Assembly (NCBI GenBank): GCA_963811165.1
Contig: CAWEQH010000001.1
Location: 192,001-256,000 of the forward strand
Direction of reading: 5' to 3'
DNA: 64,000 nucleotides
DNA from: an uncultured Nitrospiraceae bacterium
GTDB taxonomy: Bacteria > Nitrospirota > Thermodesulfovibrionia > Thermodesulfovibrionales > UBA6898
Part shown: positions 34,699 to 44,627 of the stretch, one piece after another
How the letters are laid out: each line of letters opens with the position of its first letter
Numbering within the stretch: the first letter of the stretch is position 1
Notes under the pieces: model-generated
Database searches by the model: none
What the model was told of the DNA's origin: nothing
The model's input: only the letters and a program-made list of their open reading frames with translations
Program-made: the position numbers and the translations under genes

Positions 34699-35814
34699 TC
34701 AGACTATGCTTACCCCGATGATATGGCCTACGAGGAAGCTCACCGCCGCCGCTGCAAATCCTATGAGCATCTGCCTTAAGCCTGAGTAGAAGACCGGCCT
34801 GCCCGTAAAAAGGGTGATCGAGGCGCCGATGAAGAAGAGACCGATTCCGCTTAAAACCGCACTCGCTGCAACAGCCAAGGGCCCTCTGAAAATGAGATAG
34901 GGGAGCAAAGGAACGAAGGCGCCGAAGGCGAAGAGCAGAAAAGAGGTAAAGGCCGCCTCCCTGGCCGAGCCGCCCAGGTCCCCGGGCGTAACGCCGAGTT
35001 CCTCGCGGGCAAGAGTCTCGACTGCGCTTTCCTTGTCGCCCATGATGCGGGTCGCAAAGGACCTGGCAGCCGCCTCATCGAGCCCTCGGGCCTGATAGAT
35101 CAGGACAAGCTCCTCGATCTCCTCTTCGGGGTCCGATTCTATCTCTGCCTCCTCGGTCCGGATCTGTTTTTCATAGAGCTCGCGGGAGCTCTGGACGGAT
35201 ATCCACTCTCCGAGTGCCATCGATATGCCGCCTGCGAAGAGACCAGCGACCCCTGTAAGGAGGATATTCTTTGAGGTCACTGCCGCGCCCGCCACGCCCA
35301 TGAGAAGACCGAAATTTGACAGAAGCCCGTCGCTGGCCCCGAGCACCGCGGCCCTCAGGGCATTTCCTCCGGCTGCGCGGTGGCGCCCCTCAATTTTCGC
35401 AAGCATGCCGCCCTCCATTCCTCCTTTGGTGGTGACCGCGAGGTGATTCAAAAGACGTGCGTGTGAGAGTTCCGTCGCTGCGATATCGCCGATTCCCCCC
35501 TGTCTTTGGTATGCATTAGAGCCGTTTCTCTCGATGGATGAAAGCGTCGGAAGGACAGCCTCCACCCCAAGTCGTGTGACGATCCAGCCGAGGATGTGTG
35601 TCTGCCATGAGGCCCTGAAATGAGGGGGAGAAATGCCGAGGTCCCGAAGCCTTGCTCCCCATATCTCAGCATGTCCCTCTTCCACAGTGGCCAACTTTTG
35701 ATAAATCTCCGAGAGCTTTTCATTCTTCTCGTTTTCCGCCATGAGCCTGTAAAGCTCGGCGCTGTTCATCTCGTCGCGCCAGTTTGCGAGGTACTGTTTA
35801 ATCTCCCTGTCCAT
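34699..35814 (-). CDS. VIT1/CCC1 family transporter with N-terminal rubrerythrin/ferritin-like domain
   Basis: DE...Y...E..H N-terminus; LRAAVLGASDGLLSN, SMALGEWISVQS. Confidence 0.9.
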   Translation of the reverse strand: MDREIKQYLANWRDEMNSAELYRLMAENEKNEKLSEIYQKLATVEEGHAEIWGARLRDLGISPPHFRASWQTHILGWIVTRLGVEAVLPTLSSIERNGSNAYQRQGGIGDIAATELSHARLLNHLAVTTKGGMEGGMLAKIEGRHRAAGGNALRAAVLGASDGLLSNFGLLMGVAGAAVTSKNILLTGVAGLFAGGISMALGEWISVQSSRELYEKQIRTEEAEIESDPEEEIEELVLIYQARGLDEAAARSFATRIMGDKESAVETLAREELGVTPGDLGGSAREAAFTSFLLFAFGAFVPLLPYLIFRGPLAVAASAVLSGIGLFFIGASITLFTGRPVFYSGLRQMLIGFAAAAVSFLVGHIIGVSIV

Positions 35815-36029
35815 TTTTTCTTTTATCCGCCTAGCCTTATTGTACCACCGCCTGAAAGAGGTCTCCCCGAGTCGTTCGATTCCTTCTCGTCTTGATCGGG
35901 ACCGGGCTATTACGGCCGTTTAGGATCCTTGTTGCCGAAAAAATCTTCAGAGGTTCTTACGGAAAGGAGGGCGGGGCAAAGAGCGGATAAGACGGCTTTC
36001 AGGTATGAGATTATATCCTCTTCACGCGA

Positions 36030-36251
36030 TCATTTGCCTTTACCGCTTCGATAGACCTCTATTGCTATTTCAGGGCACATCCGCGCGCACATGGCGCAGC
36101 CGGTGCATTTCTCGGTATGTACGGCAACAGCCGGAAAAAAACCGCTCTTATTGAACCTCTTCCTCATCGATATAACGCCTGCCGGGCATGTGTCGACGCA
36201 AAAGGCGCAGCCTTTGCAGAGCTCAGTATTGATCTTTATCTTCCCCTTCAT
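36030..36251 (-). CDS. 2x[4Fe-4S] ferredoxin (2-oxoacid:ferredoxin oxidoreductase delta-like)
   Basis: CKGCAFCVDTCP and CTGCAMCARMCP; ATGA overlap with the recN stop. Confidence 0.88.
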   Translation of the reverse strand: MKGKIKINTELCKGCAFCVDTCPAGVISMRKRFNKSGFFPAVAVHTEKCTGCAMCARMCPEIAIEVYRSGKGK

Positions 36252-37912
36252 TTTACCCTTTCAAGGAGTTCCACCGCATGTCTGCGCGAGATGTCCGTGA
36301 TTGTTCCGCTTAGCATGCGTGCGATTTCGTCCTGCCTTTCTTTGCCCGAGAGTTCCTTCACTTCGACATGCACCTTATCATTTTTCTCCTTCTTCTCTAT
36401 CTTAAGATGAAAATCACCCCGGCTTGCGATCTGCGGGAGGTGGGTGATGCAGAGGAGTTGACGCGCCCCCGAGATCAGGGTGAGCTTCTTTGCCACGCTC
36501 TCAGCCGTCTTTCCCCCGATCCCGGCGTCCACTTCGTCGAAGATCAATACCGGGATATCGTCGACGTCGGCAAGTATGCTCTTTAAGGCGAGCATTACCC
36601 GCGAGAGTTCTCCCCCGGATATAATCTTCGACAACGGTTTCATCGGCTCTCCCGGGTTTGCCGAGAAGAGAAATTCTATCTTGTCCAGCCCGTTGGGGCC
36701 GATCCTGCAGGTCCCTTCGTCATCAATTTCCTTTTTCATCCCCACCCTGAATTCGGCTTTTCCGAAGGCAAGTTCCTGAAGGGTTTCGCAGATGAGCTTC
36801 TCTATTTTCCGGGCTGTCTTTTTCCTCTTTTCAGAAAGGTCCGAGGCGGCCTGCAGCAGCTCTCCTTCCTTGGTCTTAAGCCCCGCTTCAACGGCTGAAA
36901 GATCTTCGTCGGCAGATTCGAGTTCCCGGAGCTCTTCCCGGGCCTTGTCCCTGTAGGTGAGAATGGCATCTATCCCGGCGCCGTACTTTTTTTCGAGTTT
37001 TTTGATGAGGTCGAGTCTGTCTTCGATATGCTCGAGCCGGCCCGGCTCGAAATCGAACCTGTCCCTGTATCTGCCCAGTGCGAGGGAGGCGTCTTCTATA
37101 AGGGGCATGGCAGATTCGATCAGCTGCAAGGTTTCAGCTATGCCGCTATCGATAGCAGACATCTCCCTTAAAAGAGAGACCACTTTCGAAAGCCTCTCAG
37201 AACAGGAGCCTTCGGATTCATACAAGGCTGCGTAGGCGACCTCTGTGAGCTCCGTCAATTTGTTCAGGTTTGCGAGTATCTTTCGTTCGTCCTCGATCGC
37301 CCCCTTCTCTCCTGACTTAAGGGAGGCAGATTCGATCTCCTGCATCTGGAACCTCAAAAGGTCGATCCTGTGCGCCCTCTCCTGCCCTTTATCCCTCAAT
37401 TGTGCATATCGCGCTTTCAATGTCTGCACTTCGTGATACAGTGTTCCCACCGCTTCCTTTTCAGAAAGAAGTTTTCCGTAAGAATCAAGGAGTGTCCGCT
37501 GGGTCTCCTGGGTGAGGAGGCTCTGGTGCTCGTGCTGGCTTAGGATGTCCACAAGGGACTTGCCCACGGCAGAAAGTGTCTGGAGCGTGACCATAGTATC
37601 ATTGATGTAGGCCCTGCTCTTTCCGCCTGATGAGACCACCCTTCGCAGCAGGAGGCCGTCCGAGGCGTCGATCCCAAGGTCCCGCAGGTCAGTGAAGTCA
37701 TCAAGATCGAAATAAGCCTGCACGGTTGCTTCGGCCTCTCCTGATTTGACCAGGTCTGCCTGGGCCCTGCCCCCGAGCGATAAACCCAGGGCATCAACTA
37801 CTATGGATTTCCCCGCCCCGGTCTCACCGGTGAGCACGTTCAGACCTTTGGCGAACCTCACGGTAAGGTCTTCGATGATAGCGAGGTTTCTTATCTTGAG
37901 TTCCTTCAGCAT
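36248..37912 (-). CDS. recN: DNA repair protein RecN
   Basis: LTGETGAGKS, coiled coil, SGGELSRVML, FDEVDAGIGG, CITHLPQIA. Confidence 0.96.
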   Translation of the reverse strand: MLKELKIRNLAIIEDLTVRFAKGLNVLTGETGAGKSIVVDALGLSLGGRAQADLVKSGEAEATVQAYFDLDDFTDLRDLGIDASDGLLLRRVVSSGGKSRAYINDTMVTLQTLSAVGKSLVDILSQHEHQSLLTQETQRTLLDSYGKLLSEKEAVGTLYHEVQTLKARYAQLRDKGQERAHRIDLLRFQMQEIESASLKSGEKGAIEDERKILANLNKLTELTEVAYAALYESEGSCSERLSKVVSLLREMSAIDSGIAETLQLIESAMPLIEDASLALGRYRDRFDFEPGRLEHIEDRLDLIKKLEKKYGAGIDAILTYRDKAREELRELESADEDLSAVEAGLKTKEGELLQAASDLSEKRKKTARKIEKLICETLQELAFGKAEFRVGMKKEIDDEGTCRIGPNGLDKIEFLFSANPGEPMKPLSKIISGGELSRVMLALKSILADVDDIPVLIFDEVDAGIGGKTAESVAKKLTLISGARQLLCITHLPQIASRGDFHLKIEKKEKNDKVHVEVKELSGKERQDEIARMLSGTITDISRRHAVELLERVK

Positions 37913-37992
37913 GGGTGCGGTCCCGTTGTCCCTATTAAATATACCATAAAAAAGGAAGAGAATGGGTTACGGAAGAACACCATCTTGTTTTG

Positions 37993-38016
37993 CGTTATTC
38001 CCTATGATATATTACG
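37993..38016 (+). promoter_or_regulatory. ModE-box-like operator
   Basis: CGTTATTCC-N6-TATATTACG resembles CGTTATATA-N6-TATATAACG, overlaps a TATGAT -10 and lies directly before the modE-like gene. Confidence 0.6.
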
Positions 38017-38019
38017 AAG

Positions 38020-38400
38020 GTGAAGAGGAAAATTCATTCGGCCAAGGCCCAAAAGCCATCCCCCGGCCTCTATGGGCGAATATGGATAGACGGCGATGAA
38101 GGGACCTTTCTCGGATACGGACGCATCGTCTTGCTCGAACGGATCCGGGAACATGGATCTATCACGAAAGCGGCAAAATCAATGGCGATGTCGTATCGCC
38201 ATGCCTGGGAACTCGTGGACTCGATGAACAGGCAGTCGCCGAAGCCCCTGGTTGAAGCAGCCACCGGAGGAAGGGACGGCGGCGGAGCTTTCCTTACAAA
38301 AGAAGGGGAGAGGGCGATTGTCCTTTTCTGGGAGCTTTATGCGGACTTTCAAACATATCTCAAACTGCAGCAGAAAAAGACCCGCCTGCTCTGGCGATAG
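38020..38400 (+). CDS. modE: ModE-family regulator, winged-HTH domain only
   Basis: GRIVLLERI..HGSITKAAKSMAMSYRHAWELV..MN, GGRDGGGAFLT; no TOBE/Mop domains. Confidence 0.85.
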   Translation: MKRKIHSAKAQKPSPGLYGRIWIDGDEGTFLGYGRIVLLERIREHGSITKAAKSMAMSYRHAWELVDSMNRQSPKPLVEAATGGRDGGGAFLTKEGERAIVLFWELYADFQTYLKLQQKKTRLLWR

Positions 38401-38428
38401 GCTGCGGAAGGAAAGGGGTGGATATATT

Positions 38429-39217
38429 ATGCCGAAAGTTAAGACGAGGCTTGTCATAGCCTCAACGACGAGCACGCAGAATTCGGGACTCTTTGACATT
38501 TTGATCCCGGAATATGAGAAATCCTCACGCTATAATGTGTCGGTTGAGGTCATTGCGGTGGGAACTGGAAAGGCATTGCGAATTGCAAAGAAGGGGGAGG
38601 CAGACGTACTTTTTGTCCATGATCCTTTCAGGGAGGAAAAGTTCCTGGCCGAGGGATACGGAGTGAACCGAAGATTGGTGATGCATAACGATTTTGTGAT
38701 TCTGGGGCCAAGAAGCGATCCGGCGCAGATCAAAGGGCTGAAGAGCGCAATTGACGCTTTTGAGTTGATTGCGGAAAAAGGGTCAGCCTTTGTTTCGCGG
38801 GGCGATGATTCCGGCACAAATGTGAAAGAGCTGGATATCTGGGACGACGCCGGGGTGACGCCGAAAGGCCGGGAGTGGTACCTTGAATCAGGCGCCAAAA
38901 TGGGAGACACTCTCCTCTTCGCAGACCAGAAAAAGGCTTATGTTCTTACTGACCGAGGCACATTCCTGAATTATGAGTCAAGGATTCGACTGAAAATTAT
39001 GGTTGAGAGCGATCCCCTTTTGAAGAACCAGTACAGTGTTATGGCGGTGAGTCCGGCAAAATTCCCCTCTGTCAGATATCGCGAAGCTATTGACTTTATT
39101 GCCTTCGTTACGTCGGCCGAGGGGCAGAAAATTATAGCATCATACATCAAGCATGGTGTTAATCTCTTTTATCCGGATGCGATTCCCGCGTCGGAGGGAA
39201 AAAAGAAAGGAAGATAG
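38429..39217 (+). CDS. tupA: TupA-family tungstate-binding protein 1, no signal peptide
   Basis: ASTTSTQNSG, GTGKAL, DVLFVH, FVSRGDDSGT, TDRGT; AAAGGGGTG RBS before ATG 38429. Confidence 0.85.
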   Translation: MPKVKTRLVIASTTSTQNSGLFDILIPEYEKSSRYNVSVEVIAVGTGKALRIAKKGEADVLFVHDPFREEKFLAEGYGVNRRLVMHNDFVILGPRSDPAQIKGLKSAIDAFELIAEKGSAFVSRGDDSGTNVKELDIWDDAGVTPKGREWYLESGAKMGDTLLFADQKKAYVLTDRGTFLNYESRIRLKIMVESDPLLKNQYSVMAVSPAKFPSVRYREAIDFIAFVTSAEGQKIIASYIKHGVNLFYPDAIPASEGKKKGR

Positions 39218-39218
39218 T

Positions 39219-40088
39219 ATGCGCATAACAAAAACCGCCGTCACACTTTTACTGGCCTCTTTTCTGGCAGCAATGTGTATCTGTAGCATACCGGCCTTCG
39301 CCGCCGACCCGGCAGAACAGCCGCGCAAGATAATGCTTGCCAGCACGATCGGTCCTATTGACGCCGGGATCGTTGGGGCTTTGGAAGATGCGTTCAAAAA
39401 GAAGACCGGGATCGCGATAGAACATACCGGAGCCGGGACCGGCCAGGCCTTGAAAATGGCAGAAACGGGGAAGTACGACCTTGTGCTGGTACATGCCCGG
39501 GCACTCGAAGAGAAATTTGTCTCCGAAGGATATGGCACGAAACGATACGACCTTATGTACAACGACTTTGTGATTTTAGGGCCGACAACTGATCCTGCAG
39601 GCATTCGGGGCGAAAAAAATGCGGCTGCTGCGCTTCGCAAGATCGCTCAAGCCCGGTCTTTTTTTGTGACCAGGGGCGACAAATCAGGGACCCACGTCAA
39701 GGAACTGGAGGTCTGGAAGAAGGCGGGGACAGAGCCTCAGGGGGTGTGGTATGACGTTTTTGAAGGAGGCGCAAAAGGGAACGCTCCTACATTGGCTTAC
39801 GCAAACGGAAAGCATGCGTACGCAATTATGGACAGGGCAACGTATATTACTATGAAACCGAAGATAACGCTGCAGATCTTTGTTGAGGGGGATGAAGTGC
39901 TCCTCAACTATATGACACTTATCCCGGTCAATCCCGCTAAGTTCCCGCAGGTCAACCATCAAGGCGCTCTTCAGTTCATAGAATGGCTGCAAGGGAAAGA
40001 AGCCCAGATCATTATCCGTGATTTCGGAAAGGACAAGTACGGCGAGCCGCTTTTCTTTCCCAATTCTCCGGAAGGAAAGAAACTATAA
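39219..40088 (+). CDS. TupA-family substrate-binding protein 2 (variant binding motif)
   Basis: Signal peptide, ASTIGPIDAG in place of TTS, FVTRGDKSGTH. Confidence 0.85.
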   Translation: MRITKTAVTLLLASFLAAMCICSIPAFAADPAEQPRKIMLASTIGPIDAGIVGALEDAFKKKTGIAIEHTGAGTGQALKMAETGKYDLVLVHARALEEKFVSEGYGTKRYDLMYNDFVILGPTTDPAGIRGEKNAAAALRKIAQARSFFVTRGDKSGTHVKELEVWKKAGTEPQGVWYDVFEGGAKGNAPTLAYANGKHAYAIMDRATYITMKPKITLQIFVEGDEVLLNYMTLIPVNPAKFPQVNHQGALQFIEWLQGKEAQIIIRDFGKDKYGEPLFFPNSPEGKKL

Positions 40089-40112
40089 AATATTCATAAA
40101 GGAGGTTCTTAA

Positions 40113-40926
40113 ATGAAAAAGATCGTAATGTTACTGACTCTTCTTTTGACTTTGTCTGTCGCTTGGGAGTGCATTTGCGCAGAGTGAGATCATCTGCTCA
40201 TCGACCACAAGCACCGATAACTCGGGCTTGTTCGGCTATATCCTGCCTCTTTTTGAGAAGAAGACCGGGATAAAGGTAAAGGTCGTTGCACGCGGTACAG
40301 GTGCGGCAATCGAGATGGGCAAGCGAGGAGACGCCGATGTAGCTTTTGTGCATGCGAAGGAACAGGAGTTAAAAGCTGTTAAAGAGGGCTACTTTGTGAA
40401 CCGGCATGATGTGATGTATAACGATTTCGTTATCATAGGGCCCTCTGACGACCCCGCAAAGATAAAGGGCATAAAATCTGCCGCCGATGCATTCAAAAAA
40501 ATTGCGGCATCATCCCAATTCGTCTCCAGGGGTGATAACTCAGGCACAAACACAAAAGAGCTTGCCATCTGGAAAAAAGTAGGAGTAGAGCCGAAGGGAC
40601 AGAAATGGTATCTCGAAGTCGGCCAGGGGATGGAAAAGACGCAGCGGATCGCCAATGAAAAACGCGCATACACTCTTACGGATAGAGGTACGTGGCTTGC
40701 CACAAAGGACAAGGACAGACTCGAAATGGAAATAGTCCTCGAAGGCGATCCGATTCTTTTCAATCAGTACGGCGTTATGGCGGTAAATCCCCAAAAGTTT
40801 ACGCATGTGAAATACAAAGAGGCCATGGAGTTTGTGAACTGGCTCATTTCCAAGGAAGGGCAACAAGCGATCGCATCATTCAAGGACAAAAACGGAAACG
40901 CACTCTTCATTCCCAATGCACGGTGA
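40113..40926 (+). CDS. tupA: TupA-family tungstate-binding protein 3, one apparent frameshift near 40165
   Basis: AAGGAGG RBS, MKKIVMLL signal peptide, then in the shifted frame SAFAQSEIICSSTTSTDNSGLFG joining ORF 40228..40926. Confidence 0.85.
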
Positions 40927-41291
40927 CAGCCTGCCGATTCCCGGAGTGCAGAAGATCAGCAGGCTGATCGACGCCCTTAGAGACTACGCTTTGAAGGAGG
41001 CCGGGGCCTTCCCGGGAGAGTCCTGGGCGGCTTCCTACAGCCCTCCCGACCTTGCCTTATGGGATGCCTTCTCGTGGTTCGAACATGCCCGGGACTGGGA
41101 GGTTGCGGACTTCCTCCCCTCCGGCACCTATAGGGCGAAGGTATTGCTGAGTAGTCTGCAGTCATTAATGCAGTGGTACGGGCAGGCCGAAAGGGATGAT
41201 ATGCTCCGGCGCATGAGCAAAATAAACTGAAGGGACGTGGTTGGCCGCACCATGACCCTGCGGCCTTCTCATGTATCGATGGCACTTTGGC

Positions 41292-42003
41292 ATGTTTCTG
41301 ATTGATAGTTTTAGGACAGCGTTTTCGCTGATACTGCATCTGAACTCAGAGCTGACGGGGATTATTCTCCTTTCGATGAAGGTCTCGGGCTGGGCCCTGA
41401 TCATCGCGACGCTGCTCGGTCTTCCGCTTGCAGCCTTCCTCGGCTTCAAGAGGTTTCCGCTTAAAGGGATCTGCATCAGCGTCGCTTCATACATTCATGG
41501 GGCTGCCGCCTGTAGTGGTCGGTCTCTTTTTATATCTCCTGCTGTCAAGGAGCGGCCCCCTCGGCTTTCTTGCGCTGCTCTATACCCCCTCTGCAATGAT
41601 CATCGCACAAAGCATTCTCGCCCTGCCGATTGTGGCATCTCTTAGTTATTCCGCCATCGTCGGGGTCGACCCGATCATCACGCAGGCGGCGAGGACATTA
41701 GGGGCGACGCCGTATCAGGTCTCCGTGACTATCATCAGAGAGGCACGGTTCGGCATCATGTCGGGCGTTATCGCCGCCTTCGGCAGGGTGATGGCGGAGG
41801 TGGGATCGATACTTATTGTCGGCGGCAACATAGCGGGCTTTACGAGGGTCATGACGACAACCATAGCCCTCGAAACCGACAAGGGAAACTTTGATCTCGC
41901 CCTTGCCCTGGGCATAATTCTCCTGAGCATCTCAATGGTGATCAACTTTGCCTTGCATGCCGTTCAAAAGAAGGGCCTGAGAGGAGCGAACCGATGGCCC
42001 TGA
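41292..42003 (+). CDS. tupB: Tungstate ABC transporter permease, one apparent frameshift near 41485
   Basis: FMGLPPVVVGL, LSRSGPLG, AFGR..AEVG...IVGGNI...TRVMTT. Confidence 0.88.
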
Positions 42004-42647
42004 GCCTAAGCGCATCGAATATATCGAAAAGTTATAACGGAAACCAGGTGCTAAGGGATTGCGCCTTTTCATTTTCCGCCCCCGGCATTTATGTCCTGAC
42101 CGGGGCGAATGGCTGCGGAAAATCCACGTTCCTCAGGATATGCACGCTCATCGAGCCCCCTGACAGCGGCGAAATCAACTATATCTCTGAAGGTATCGTT
42201 CTTCCCAAAGACCTTGAGCTGAGGCGCAGGATTACCCTTGTGCTGCCTAAGGTCGGGGTTTTCAATACCACAGTCCACAGGAACGTTGCCTATGGGTTGG
42301 GAGTAAGGGGGATAAGGGGAAGGCAGGCGGAGGAGAAGGTCATGGACGCCCTTGAGTTTGTGGGGCTCAGTCATAAGAAGGACCAGAACGGACTGACGCT
42401 TTCGAGCGGGGAAACTCAGCGCCTTGGGATCGCCAGGGCATTGGTCATAAAACCCGAGATGCTTTTCCTCGATGAGCCGACCGCATCCGTAGACCAAAAG
42501 AACACCGGAATCATTGAGGATATAATACTAAAGATGAAGAGTGACAGCAGGGTCACCGTGATCATTACGACCCATGACAGGGAGCAGGCGGCAAGACTTG
42601 CGGATTCATTGCTGGTGATGCGCGACGGGAAGATCTCGGGAGGTTAG
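41994..42647 (+). CDS. tupC: Tungstate ABC transporter ATP-binding subunit
   Basis: GANGCGKST, LSSGETQRL, FLDEPT, TTHD; follows tupB. Confidence 0.85.
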   Translation: MALSLSASNISKSYNGNQVLRDCAFSFSAPGIYVLTGANGCGKSTFLRICTLIEPPDSGEINYISEGIVLPKDLELRRRITLVLPKVGVFNTTVHRNVAYGLGVRGIRGRQAEEKVMDALEFVGLSHKKDQNGLTLSSGETQRLGIARALVIKPEMLFLDEPTASVDQKNTGIIEDIILKMKSDSRVTVIITTHDREQAARLADSLLVMRDGKISGG

Positions 42648-42920
42648 CCGGATTAATTGCCAATGCAGCATGGGACATTCCGCAAGCAGAGTTCGCTCCA
42701 ATAATAAACAGACTTTCTTTGCGCAGTACCGACAAACCAAGAGTCCTCAAGAGGAGAAACTGTCTCCGGGTTTCATCCAGAATCACGCCGCGGCAGAGCT
42801 CCCATATTTCTGAGATATTCTTCCCAAACTTCACACCTGTGCTACCGCAAAAACTCTGTCAAGAAATAAGATATGGGCTGAAAAAGCCATCACTTTTGAA
42901 AGAGAGTGATCAGGCTATTC

Positions 42921-43199
42921 TTAGTAACCACCTGTTAAAGGTTTAACTGCTTTTGTTGCCTTGCCGTCTTTAACAACCACGTTATCTCCAATCTTGAATT
43001 CCGGAGCCCCTTTCACCTTAACTTTCGTTTCTTGACCCTTACTATCTTTTACCGTTAACTCATATTCCGTAACCTCGATTTTAGTGACGGTACCCTTTAT
43101 GACCCCTTTTTCTTCCTTATGCGATGAATAGCCAATTCCCGCAACGGTAAACGTAAATGCCATGACCACAAATAAAGTTAAGACATTTTTTATTTTCAT
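42921..43199 (-). CDS. Small exported beta-rich (OB-fold-like) protein
   Basis: GGAGG RBS, signal peptide, KGTVTKIE...LTVKD..G.E..VKV...KIGDNVVV; ends GGY. Confidence 0.7.
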   Translation of the reverse strand: MKIKNVLTLFVVMAFTFTVAGIGYSSHKEEKGVIKGTVTKIEVTEYELTVKDSKGQETKVKVKGAPEFKIGDNVVVKDGKATKAVKPLTGGY

Positions 43200-43237
43200 A
43201 ATTTCACCTCCTCTTTTGTGATTGGCTTTTTCCCGGT

Positions 43238-44239
43238 CTACTTTTTCATTTCCTGGATCGATTCCTTTAACTCTTCGATTGACTTAATTGCATCATTAAT
43301 ATTTACGAAGTCAAACCAATTTTCGTTTGCGGCAGGATAATTCACATTATTTCCATACACTATCCATGAGTCATCATAATTAGCTGGCTCCCTGAATCCC
43401 ATTAATCTTAATTCTAAATAGGTCAGTGCAGCGCGAGTTCCTGTCTGGCAGTATGCTATCGTGCGTTTGGCCTTGTCGAGGGTTCCGAAAAGTTCCTTCA
43501 GCTCGTCCATCGAATGTATCTTACCTGTCTGAACATCGTAGGTTTTTACATGCGATAGATTAAGCGTCGTATTCGGAATATAACCCCCTCTGAGAGACCT
43601 TATATCGGAACCTTCGTGTTCCCTTTCAGTCCTCGAATCAATTACATTTACCCCCTTTATTTCCCCGGTTGCTATCTTTACCATCTCGGCGGTGGTAGCC
43701 AGTCTATTCTGAATGACTTTAGCCTGAAAAACAGCCGGCCGCAGTTTGCTTTCGCCCTTATCAAGAGGTTTTCCGGCTTCCTTCCAGGTTTCTATGCCGC
43801 CATTTAGAAAATGTACTTTCGTGTGACCGAGATGCTCGAGACACCAGAATGCGACAGAGGCACTGCTTATCAGTTTTGCGTCCGCATAAACAACAACATG
43901 TTTAGCCATGCTCACCCCAGCGTTGCTAAAAATCTTTTCGAGATCTTCTGTCTTCTTTGCCCTCAACGTAGCGTCCCTAAGAACCTTACCACACGCGCCA
44001 CCAAGATTTATCGCTCCGGGAATGTGTGCGGCTTCATACGCTTGTTCGCCTCGACAATCAATCAAAACCCAATCAGGATTTCCTATACCATCAGCTACCA
44101 TTTTAACATCGGCTAAAAGGCCGGGATTTGCGTATTCTGCACCACTTGCAAAGGTAGTAACATAGAATAATATCAAGCTCATAAAGAAAAGAGCTTTTAT
44201 ATGACGCATTCCTTTAACTGTCATGCGGGCAGCGATCAT
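43238..44239 (-). CDS. Exported tandem-domain rhodanese/sulfurtransferase
   Basis: IDCR...Y...HIPGAIN, LNGG...W, IDSR, GYIP, YCQTGTR; AGGAGG RBS and TTGACA-N16-TAAAAT promoter upstream. Confidence 0.88.
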   Translation of the reverse strand: MIAARMTVKGMRHIKALFFMSLILFYVTTFASGAEYANPGLLADVKMVADGIGNPDWVLIDCRGEQAYEAAHIPGAINLGGACGKVLRDATLRAKKTEDLEKIFSNAGVSMAKHVVVYADAKLISSASVAFWCLEHLGHTKVHFLNGGIETWKEAGKPLDKGESKLRPAVFQAKVIQNRLATTAEMVKIATGEIKGVNVIDSRTEREHEGSDIRSLRGGYIPNTTLNLSHVKTYDVQTGKIHSMDELKELFGTLDKAKRTIAYCQTGTRAALTYLELRLMGFREPANYDDSWIVYGNNVNYPAANENWFDFVNINDAIKSIEELKESIQEMKK

Positions 44240-44627
44240 TATTTCCTCCTTAGAGTCGAATCTCAACACCTATAATTCCAATTTTATGGCAAGTATGAAT
44301 TTTGTCAATGATTTATTCATTTCGAATAGATTTTTACGTGAGGCAACAGGTGCTTGGAATAGTTTGTAGCGTTTCTGCGCAGAAGTAAGGTTCCCTGCGG
44401 AAAGAAACTCTCTACCGGATGCGACCGGGTGTGATGTTCCTAATATAATCAATACAATTATATCTCATTAGGGATTATTTAGTTCAGGAAGAAACAGATA
44501 GGGAGATTTCGTCTACTTTTGATAATTTTCACTTTGCGCCTGCGAAGGATCCCGCGTAGCTCTTCCTGCAACCTGCGAGTTTTCATTTTTCAAAGAAGTA
44601 CACCTGTTGCAGGTGAGAAGGGCAAAT

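Noticed and set aside
38252..38428. 59-aa N-terminal extension of TupA1 as a signal peptide
   Set aside because: Overlaps modE, has no hydrophobic core, and a good RBS precedes ATG 38429
40185..40187. In-frame TGA after the TupA3 signal peptide as a selenocysteine codon
   Set aside because: The conserved TupA sequence continues in a different frame, so an upstream indel explains it
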